The notes under the pieces are model-generated. The model was not told where the DNA came from and did no database searches. It saw only the letters and a list, made by a program, of their open reading frames with translations. Both the position numbers and the translations under genes were made by a program. Of a stretch of DNA of 13,087 nt, positions 7,375 through 13,087 are shown piece after piece. This DNA is from Candidatus Krumholzibacteriia bacterium. GTDB taxonomy: Bacteria > Krumholzibacteriota > Krumholzibacteriia > LZORAL124-64-63. The DNA is taken from NCBI GenBank assembly GCA_036351155.1, contig JAZBOO010000213.1, forward strand, positions 1 through 13,087, given 5' to 3'. Each line of letters begins with the position of its first letter. Position 1 is the first letter of the stretch.

Positions 7375-8022
7375 GTGGGAATCATGAACAAATACGGAAA
7401 AATGATCGTGGTGCTGGTGGTGCTTCTGGCCGCGGGAACGGCCTGGGCTCAGGAACAGGACTACCGCTTCCACTGGGCGCCCAGCCCGGTGGTCGACAGG
7501 GTCGGGAACGAACACCCCACCGCCGTGGAATATGAAGTCTACCTGTCCCAGAACGGAGGCTTCGATGAGCTGGTGGCCACCGTCTACGGCGACACCACGT
7601 TCACGCTGGCGGCGGAGCCCGGTATCGTCCACCGCATCCGGGTGGCCGGGGTGGATGCCCAGGGCCGTCGTTCGGTCAAGAGCGAGTGGTCCGATCCCAT
7701 CTACTTCGAGGAAAACCGTTCCTCGTCCGTGCCTCCAGCCGCAGCTCTCCGGCAGAACTATCCCAACCCGTTCAATCCCGAAACCCGCCTGGTCTACGGT
7801 ATTCCCACGGACATCGCCCTGGGAGATCGGGTGCAGCTGGACATCTTCAGCCTGGACGGCCGCAAGGTGCGCACCATGGAGATCGATCGGACTCCCGGCT
7901 GGCACGAGGTGACCTGGGACGGCACCGATGATCGGGGACGCACCCAGAGCACGGGTATGTATGTGACGCGCCTGGTGGTCGGGACCGCGGTGGAGACCGG
8001 CAAGATGACCATGGTCAAATAA
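7375..8022 (+). CDS. Secreted protein with an FN3-like beta domain and a C-terminal FlgD-Ig / T9SS type-A-like sorting domain
   Basis: Signal peptide MNKYGKMIVVLVVLLAAGTAWA; FN3-like pattern FHWAPS...YEVYL...IRVAGVDAQGRRSVKSEWS; tail QNYPNPFNP...IFSLDGRKVR...WDGTDDRG...STGMYV...KMTMVK. Start is GTG 7375 (GGAGG at 7364-7368) or ATG 7384. Confidence 0.87.
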   Translation: MGIMNKYGKMIVVLVVLLAAGTAWAQEQDYRFHWAPSPVVDRVGNEHPTAVEYEVYLSQNGGFDELVATVYGDTTFTLAAEPGIVHRIRVAGVDAQGRRSVKSEWSDPIYFEENRSSSVPPAAALRQNYPNPFNPETRLVYGIPTDIALGDRVQLDIFSLDGRKVRTMEIDRTPGWHEVTWDGTDDRGRTQSTGMYVTRLVVGTAVETGKMTMVK

Positions 8023-8067
8023 GGCTCGAGCCAGGAACAAGGTCGCCCCACGAACTGTGAACTCACT

Positions 8068-8111
8068 GGGCCTCGGGAATGCCGCCGGACGGATACCCGA
8101 GGCCCTTTGTT
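8068..8111 (+). terminator. Probable intrinsic terminator after the FlgD-Ig protein gene
   Basis: GGGCCTCGGG (8068-8077) pairs with CCCGAGGCCC (8096-8105), followed by TTTGTT. Confidence 0.65.
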
Positions 8112-8145
8112 GGGGATTTCCATCCTGCCGCTTTCCAAAGCCCCC

Positions 8146-8174
8146 TTGACGGGTTATTTTAGCGCCTCGAAAAT
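8146..8174 (+). promoter_or_regulatory. Candidate sigma-70 promoter for greA
   Basis: TTGACG-17 nt-GAAAAT ending about 35 nt before ATG 8209. Confidence 0.5.
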
Positions 8175-8208
8175 GCTGGATTTCCGGATATCTGATACGA
8201 GGGCGCAA

Positions 8209-10452
8209 ATGACAGACCACGAGAGCGGGGGACCTTCCCTGATCAAGCTCGGCAAGTTGGCGAACGGCAAGGACTTCGACAAGCTGGAAAGCCTCTGGGT
8301 ACCGGCACTGGAGAGCGGGCAATACACCTGGCGCGAACTGATTCCCATCGCCGGGCAGGTAGGACGCCAGGGGGCCCCGGAACGCTCCGACACCCTGATG
8401 GAAATCCTGGTGGACTGGGTGGAAAATAAAGAGGGTCCCGCCGCAGCCCTTGAAGTGGCCCGCGAAGCGGGTATTCAGTTGCCCACCGGCAAAGCCTTGC
8501 GACTCATACTTCACCGCCTCTACAAGCAGAACCATCCCGACTTCGAAGAACTCCCCCTCCTGCTCGAAAAACTGATGCCCGCGGGCTGCCTGCTGAACGA
8601 AGCGGTCCCTCAGATGGACCTCTATGTTCAGCTGCCGGCCGGCGCCTTTGCCCTGGATCAGGAATACCTGGTGCCGGGCCTGGTGGAGTGGGTCGATGCC
8701 GAGAAGGGTCTGATCGGCGTCCTGTTCGAAGACCGGCGCCATGAATACGGGCCTGCCACGGCCAAGAAATTGCTGCCGCGCCCGGCCGACTTCTTTCCTG
8801 CTCTGGTTCTCTACAACCCGGATCGCCTGCGTGAAGTTGCGGATAGTGACCCGGTCGAGTTCGTGAAGATGGCCCTGCGTTCCCAGCGTGAGAACCGTCT
8901 GGCCTACAAGGATCTCAAGGGTTCGGTGGTGGATCTTCTGGGTGAAAAAGGCTGGAAAACCTGGTGGCAGAACGCCAAGCGTGAACTCAAGCGTGAACCC
9001 ATCATCGGAATGTCCGCCGGCAGCCAGCCTTCCTTCCGGATCTTGCGGCAAGCTGATCGCTACGAGGACCGAGTGCGCCGCGAATTCGACTTCCAGAAGA
9101 ACCCGCTGGACAAGCTGCTGAAGGTTCTGGCCTACCTGGACGAGGTGGGGCGGGAAGAGAAGCAGACCCCGGGCCAGGAAGTGGCCGACCCCGAGTTGCT
9201 GGCCCACCTGGGCAACGGTGCGGCCAAGGTGGCCGTGTCGGTGCTCAAGGAAAGCCCCAGCCTGGCTCTGGCGGGTCTGGCGCTCCATGCGGAAATCGCC
9301 GCGCGCGGGGTGGCCGTGGCCAAGCCCAATCCCAAGGCGGGGGCGGCGGTCGTGGCGAGGATTGCCGACGCCGGTGAACTGGTGGGAGCCCTGCCCGAAG
9401 CCCTCCTGCAGCGGATCATGGCCTACATTCGCACCACCATGCCCGACCGCTGGGGCGAGGTGTGGGCCCTGGTGCTCATGCGTGCCGGCAAGCGGCTTTG
9501 CGATACCATCACCCGCGGCCTGATCGAGGGCAACCAGAAGGAAGCCCTGGAAAGCGCCCTCCTGCAGGCGGTGGCCAAGCCCACCAGCAGTCCTGATCTG
9601 CTGGGCTGGTTGTGGCGTACTCGTCACGCCAGCAGCGCGGCCAGCCAGTTCCTGGTCAGCCTGGAAAGCTTGCCGGTGGACACCATTGGCGACGCCATGT
9701 TCAGCCTGCTCGATTCCCAGGGTAAGCTGTACGGCATGTCCATGGACGAGGATCATCTCAAGAGCCTGGAGAGCGGACGGCTGGCCCTGGCCACCCAGAG
9801 CTCCAGGCCCTTGCTCGGCTTGATTGATTCCGCGGACCGGAACCGCGCCATGGTTCTGAAGCGCATCATCGAATCGAACCATGGCCTGGCGCCCTCCATG
9901 CGGACCCAGTTGCTCGGCTACCTGCGCTCGAAGTTCGCCGACATCTTCATCGAGATCACGCGGGAGTGGGAAGACGCCACCACCGTCTACACCACCGAGA
10001 CCGGGTTGCGGCAGGTCCAGGATGCTCTGGAACACATCAAGGATGTGGAGATCCCCGAAGTGGCCGCGCAGATCGGAGAGGCCGCCAGCCATGGCGATCT
10101 CAGCGAGAATGCGGAGTACACCGCAGCCCTGGAGAAACGTGACCAGCTGTTCAGTCGGGCCAACTCCATCGAGGCGGATCTGAACCGCGCCGTGATCATC
10201 ACCCCGGACATGGCGGCCAGTGATTTCGTCAATGCCGGCACCCGGGTCACCGCGCAGGCCGAAGAATCCGGCCAGGAAGAGATCTACACCTTCCTGGGTC
10301 CCTGGGATACCGATGTTGAGCAGAAAATTCTGAACTACCAGGCCCCGCTTTCCATGGCCTTCATGGGGGCCAAGGTGGGCGATCGCGTGGTTTTCGGTGA
10401 GGAAGGTGAGCAGCGGGCCTGGACGGTCATCAAGATCGAACCGGCCTTGTAG
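8209..10452 (+). CDS. greA: Long-form GreA/GreB-family transcript cleavage factor (~590-aa N-terminal extension plus C-terminal Gre domain), 747 aa
   Basis: C-terminal ~155 aa: YTTETG...IGEAASHGDLSENAEYTAA (catalytic D/E)...GTRV...YTFLGPWD...LNYQAPLSMAFMGAKVGD. WKTWWQNAKRELK resembles long GreA proteins of Chlamydia and spirochetes. ATG 8209 has a GAGG RBS. Confidence 0.88.
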   Translation: MTDHESGGPSLIKLGKLANGKDFDKLESLWVPALESGQYTWRELIPIAGQVGRQGAPERSDTLMEILVDWVENKEGPAAALEVAREAGIQLPTGKALRLILHRLYKQNHPDFEELPLLLEKLMPAGCLLNEAVPQMDLYVQLPAGAFALDQEYLVPGLVEWVDAEKGLIGVLFEDRRHEYGPATAKKLLPRPADFFPALVLYNPDRLREVADSDPVEFVKMALRSQRENRLAYKDLKGSVVDLLGEKGWKTWWQNAKRELKREPIIGMSAGSQPSFRILRQADRYEDRVRREFDFQKNPLDKLLKVLAYLDEVGREEKQTPGQEVADPELLAHLGNGAAKVAVSVLKESPSLALAGLALHAEIAARGVAVAKPNPKAGAAVVARIADAGELVGALPEALLQRIMAYIRTTMPDRWGEVWALVLMRAGKRLCDTITRGLIEGNQKEALESALLQAVAKPTSSPDLLGWLWRTRHASSAASQFLVSLESLPVDTIGDAMFSLLDSQGKLYGMSMDEDHLKSLESGRLALATQSSRPLLGLIDSADRNRAMVLKRIIESNHGLAPSMRTQLLGYLRSKFADIFIEITREWEDATTVYTTETGLRQVQDALEHIKDVEIPEVAAQIGEAASHGDLSENAEYTAALEKRDQLFSRANSIEADLNRAVIITPDMAASDFVNAGTRVTAQAEESGQEEIYTFLGPWDTDVEQKILNYQAPLSMAFMGAKVGDRVVFGEEGEQRAWTVIKIEPAL

Positions 10453-10480
10453 TTCCCCTTTTTCAGCTGTAGAGGCACCG

Positions 10481-10511
10481 ACGGCCGGGATTTTTCCCGG
10501 CCGTTTTTTTT
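10481..10511 (+). terminator. Strong Rho-independent terminator after greA
   Basis: ACGGCCGGGA-TTTT-TCCCGGCCGT (perfect 10-bp stem) followed by 7 T. Confidence 0.92.
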
Positions 10512-10513
10512 GC

Positions 10514-10540
10514 TCAAGTGGGGGAGAAAAACCCCGATCA
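10514..10540 (+). promoter_or_regulatory. Candidate sigma-28 (FliA/WhiG)-type promoter for the pilin gene
   Basis: TCAAG-N14-CCCGATCA directly after the greA terminator; no convincing sigma-70 or sigma-54 match was seen in this gap. Confidence 0.55.
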
Positions 10541-10542
10541 AA

Positions 10543-10640
10543 TACCTGGAGTAAGCGGCTCCCAGGAGGAAAGCCGCATCGCCCTACCTCCCAGGAGTCC
10601 GGGACGGGCGAAAAATCCGTCCCGATCGAGAAAGGAAATC
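10543..10640 (+). promoter_or_regulatory. Structured pilin 5' leader with a CTCCCAGGAG direct repeat and multiple GGA motifs (candidate CsrA/RsmA sites)
   Basis: CTCCCAGGAG at 10559-10568 and 10588-10597; stems GCGGCT/AGCCGC (10555-10577) and CGGGACGGG/TCCGTCCCG (10600-10624); six GGA trinucleotides including the RBS AAAGGA. Confidence 0.5.
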
Positions 10641-10645
10641 ACGTC

Positions 10646-11314
10646 ATGAGGGATTGGAAGATGACAAACCGCAAGGGATTCACATTGATCGAGATCGTCA
10701 TCGCGGTGGCTATCGTGGCCGTTTTCGCCGCGGCGATCAGCCCAATGGTGTTCCGACACCTTGAAGACGCCAAGGTCAGCAAGGCCCAGAACGAGACCGA
10801 AACCATCGCCAGCGCGATCCTGAGCTATTACAAGGACGTGGGCAAGTGGCCGGTGACCAGCGCCAACGGTCCCAGCGGCAACGGTATCAGCCGCGTGGTG
10901 AGCTCCACCAAGGTGGCCACCGGTGCCGGTACGGGTGCGGCCTCCGGGGCGACCAACTGGGGCGCCTACGGGACGGCCAAGGACCTGGGCGACTATCTGT
11001 ATTACAACAACCCCGATGACGATTCCAGCGCGACAGGCTCAGGCGCGGATCAGAACGGCCAGGACTGGCCCACCACCGGCCCCAACGCCTGGCGTGGTCC
11101 TTACCTGGACAGCTATGAAATCCTGGATCCCTGGGGAAATGCTTATGTGGTCAACTCCCGGTACTTTCCGGGCGGCAACTACACCGGCTCCGTGCGCCAC
11201 CGGGTGTTTGTCCTGAGCGCCGGTTCCAACGGTGTCTGGGAAACGGGTTTCGCCGATGCCGCCACCGAGGAAATCCAGGGCGACGACATCGGAACCGTGG
11301 TGACCATCCGTTAA
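10646..11314 (+). CDS. Type IV pilin / GspG-like major pseudopilin, 222-aa precursor
   Basis: Class III signal NRKG|FTLIEIVIAVAIVAVF with E5 and P22; C-terminal T2SSG-like motifs WRGPYL, DPWGNAY, VLSAGSNG and GDDI; no cysteines. RBS AAAGGA at 10631-10636. Confidence 0.9.
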   Translation: MRDWKMTNRKGFTLIEIVIAVAIVAVFAAAISPMVFRHLEDAKVSKAQNETETIASAILSYYKDVGKWPVTSANGPSGNGISRVVSSTKVATGAGTGAASGATNWGAYGTAKDLGDYLYYNNPDDDSSATGSGADQNGQDWPTTGPNAWRGPYLDSYEILDPWGNAYVVNSRYFPGGNYTGSVRHRVFVLSAGSNGVWETGFADAATEEIQGDDIGTVVTIR

Positions 11315-11355
11315 GTTCAGATGGAAATTCTTCGGAGATAATCCGGCACGAAAAT

Positions 11356-11385
11356 AAGCGCCCGGCCTGTCAAGGTCGGGCGCTT
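11356..11385. terminator. Probable bidirectional terminator between the convergent pilin and secretin genes
   Basis: AAGCGCCCGGCCT-GTCA-AGGTCGGGCGCTT (13-bp stem with one G-U), flanked by AAAAT on the left and GGCTTT on the right. Confidence 0.75.
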
Positions 11386-11408
11386 GGCTTTGGTCCGGAA
11401 AGATCTGC

Positions 11409-12938
11409 CTACATGGCGCCCTCGATCTCGGCCAGGGTCTTCTTCACATCGGCGGCAATCGCTTCCCCTTCCAGCAAGGTGGGGGTCAACAGCATCACCA
11501 GTTCGATGTTGGTCTTCTGCTGGCCCGTCTTGCCGAACAGATAGCCCAGCAGGGGGATGTCCTTGAGAATGGGAACGCCCGACCGGGTGTCTTGCGTGCG
11601 CTCGGACATCAGTCCGGCGATCACCAGGGTTTGCCCGGCTCTCACCTTCCCCACCGTGTCCAGCTCACGCACCGACAAAATCGGGGCCGTGTCCTGGTTG
11701 GGGCTCTCGGCGATGCCGGTGATGTCGCTGATGGTCGGATGAACGTTCAGGGTGATGGAACCATCGCTGCTGACCTGTGGGGTCACGTCCAGGACCACGC
11801 CCACGGAAACACTCTGGGCGGTGTAGTTCACCACCGGTTCGCTGGCCACCCCGTTGGTGATGATGGCGGGCTCCACCTCGGCCTTGAAGAAGATGTCCTC
11901 CTTGACCACCCGCACCACGGCCTTCTGGTTGTTCAGGGTGGTGACCCGAGGCGTGCTGATGCTCTTGATATCCCCGCTGGTGCTCAGGGCCTGGAAAACC
12001 CCGGACATGTGCTTGGAGTCCACCACGAACTGGAAAAAACTGTCGCCCAGGTTGGCGGGCCGACCCAGGGTGGTCAGGCTGGCATTGCCGTCGGATTTGG
12101 CGAAGGTGTCCCAGTTCACGCCGGTCTGTTGATCGTGGTCCAGAGACACTTCCATGATGCGCACTTCGATGGCCACCTGGCGCTGCAAGGACTCTTGCAG
12201 GTGGATCAGCAACTGCTCGGCCTGGGCCACCCGGTCGAACTCCGCGGTCACGTGCACCAGGCTGGCCATGGGATTGATGACCAGGGTGCGTCCCTCGGGA
12301 TCGGACAGGGAAGTGGCCTGGGCGCTCTGGCTTTCGGAGCCGGACGCTTCGGGGTTGGTGCCCTGGAAAATCAGGACCTTCAACGCATCCATGACCTCGG
12401 GCCACACCGACATGGTGGCCGTGCTGGTGACATGGCTCTTGTTCTGGTTCTGGCCGCCCCCGCCACCTTCGCCGCCGCCGCTTCCGCCCCCACCGCCGGA
12501 AGACTCTTCGCTGCCCGCGGAAATCTCCAGTTCACCACGGCCTTCGCGCAAGGTCACGGGATAGTCGAACTTGAACCAGCGGGTGACCATTCCCCTCTTG
12601 TGGACAACGAGCACCCCCTCGTTCATGGAGTAGCCCAGTCCGGTGGGTTTCAGAATGGCGTCCAGCGCCTGGCTCAGGGGCACATTCTCCAGGTGGACGT
12701 TGACGTCCCCCATCACATCAGGGGCCATCTGCAGCCCCAGGCCCGCATTGCCGGCCACGCTGCGCAGGATTTCCCGCACATCGACCCAGTCGTTGGTCAC
12801 GATGGACACGGGACCCAGTTCCTGGTCCCACCTGTCCGCCGCACTGGACTGGGCCCAGGCCGGTCCGACCAGCATCAGGAGCCCCAGCGTGCCCAGCAGG
12901 GCCCGACTCATCCATCCGTGTGTCAATATCCGATTCAT
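11409..12938 (-). CDS. Outer-membrane secretin, MshL-like architecture (T4P/T2SS secretin family), 509 aa
   Basis: Signal peptide ending AWA; STN-like N domain (DVREIL...GDVNVHLENVPLSQALDAIL); TRWFKFDY plus a Gly/Ser linker plus SVWPEV as in the MshL N domain; RQVAIEVRIMEV; STPRVTTLNNQKA; GVVLDVTPQV; GVPILKDIPLLGYLF...ELVMLLTP. ATG 12938 has an AAGGA RBS (alternative ATG 12962). Confidence 0.93.
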   Translation of the reverse strand: MNRILTHGWMSRALLGTLGLLMLVGPAWAQSSAADRWDQELGPVSIVTNDWVDVREILRSVAGNAGLGLQMAPDVMGDVNVHLENVPLSQALDAILKPTGLGYSMNEGVLVVHKRGMVTRWFKFDYPVTLREGRGELEISAGSEESSGGGGGSGGGEGGGGGQNQNKSHVTSTATMSVWPEVMDALKVLIFQGTNPEASGSESQSAQATSLSDPEGRTLVINPMASLVHVTAEFDRVAQAEQLLIHLQESLQRQVAIEVRIMEVSLDHDQQTGVNWDTFAKSDGNASLTTLGRPANLGDSFFQFVVDSKHMSGVFQALSTSGDIKSISTPRVTTLNNQKAVVRVVKEDIFFKAEVEPAIITNGVASEPVVNYTAQSVSVGVVLDVTPQVSSDGSITLNVHPTISDITGIAESPNQDTAPILSVRELDTVGKVRAGQTLVIAGLMSERTQDTRSGVPILKDIPLLGYLFGKTGQQKTNIELVMLLTPTLLEGEAIAADVKKTLAEIEGAM

Positions 12939-12981
12939 GGCAGAATCCTTTCTTGCAACCATGGTCTGACTTCTCGTCCGT

Positions 12982-13087
12982 TTATCCTGTGGTCGGCCGC
13001 TGGCCGACAGTGACCTGCAGCTTGCCGTCCTGACCGCTCTTGTTGGTCAGGGGCAGAAATTTCTTGGAACCCTGACCTGTCTGGATC
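12982..13087 (-). CDS. 3' end of an upstream gene, probably in the same pilus/secretion operon
   Basis: Open frame ...IQTGQGSKKFLPLTNKSGQDGKLQVTVGQRPTTG-TAA ending 43 nt before the secretin start. Too short to assign a product. Confidence 0.55.
   Translation of the reverse strand, partial: IQTGQGSKKFLPLTNKSGQDGKLQVTVGQRPTTG

Noticed and set aside
6754..10092. 1112-aa minus-strand ORF
   Set aside because: Antisense shadow of three plus-strand genes that happen to share one frame in GC-rich DNA; no recognisable motifs.
6223..10452. Possible stop-codon readthrough fusion, since peptidase, FlgD-Ig protein and greA are in the same frame
   Set aside because: A further in-frame TGA follows in the first intergenic region, the two downstream genes have their own RBS and promoter, and a terminator lies at 8068-8111.
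10679..11311. Electrically conductive pilin (23 F/W/Y in 211 aa, about 11%)
   Set aside because: It has a 36-residue aromatic-free gap and a GspG-type head; Y50/Y51/W57 are general pilin features, and the e-pilin criteria are themselves contested.
12441..12513. Poly-Gly low-complexity tract in the secretin as a repeat or contingency locus
   Set aside because: Codons are mixed rather than a pure tandem repeat, and Gly/Ser linkers are normal in MshL-type secretins.
12961..12970. ATGGTCTGAC identical to positions 1-10 (possible att site or target-site duplication)
   Set aside because: Only 10 bp, one copy is inside a CDS at an arbitrary window edge, and there is no integrase or transposase.
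24..13013. Remaining overlapping ORFs in the track (e.g. 24..701, 779..1987, 2604..3311, 3272..4000, 6061..6714, 11592..13013)
   Set aside because: Antisense or off-frame shadows of well-supported genes, with no motifs or RBS.

Overview
GC-rich bacterial chromosomal window with no mobile element, CRISPR array, rRNA or tRNA visible. Gene order: 5' part of a hypothetical gene running off the left edge (-); Cys/Met-metabolism PLP lyase, methionine gamma-lyase-like (-); GT4 glycosyltransferase (-); orphan HAMP sensor histidine kinase (+) overlapping a convergent CobB sirtuin (-) by 207 bp; membrane-anchored HExxH metallopeptidase (+); small secreted FN3-like/FlgD-Ig ('NYPNPFNP') protein behind a consensus sigma-54 promoter (+); long ~747-aa GreA of the Chlamydia/spirochete type (+); stand-alone GspG-like type IV pilin (+); and the last gene of a convergent operon, an MshL-like secretin (-). 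The FlgD-Ig tail and high GC suggest an FCB-related lineage such as Krumholzibacteriota or Latescibacterota (inference). The most unusual signal is regulatory. The pilin has a sigma-28 (FliA)-like promoter and a structured leader with repeated CAGGAG motifs resembling CsrA sites, which is how flagellin genes are controlled. A second promoter with the same spacing precedes the orphan kinase. All family assignments come from motif recognition by eye, not database searches.
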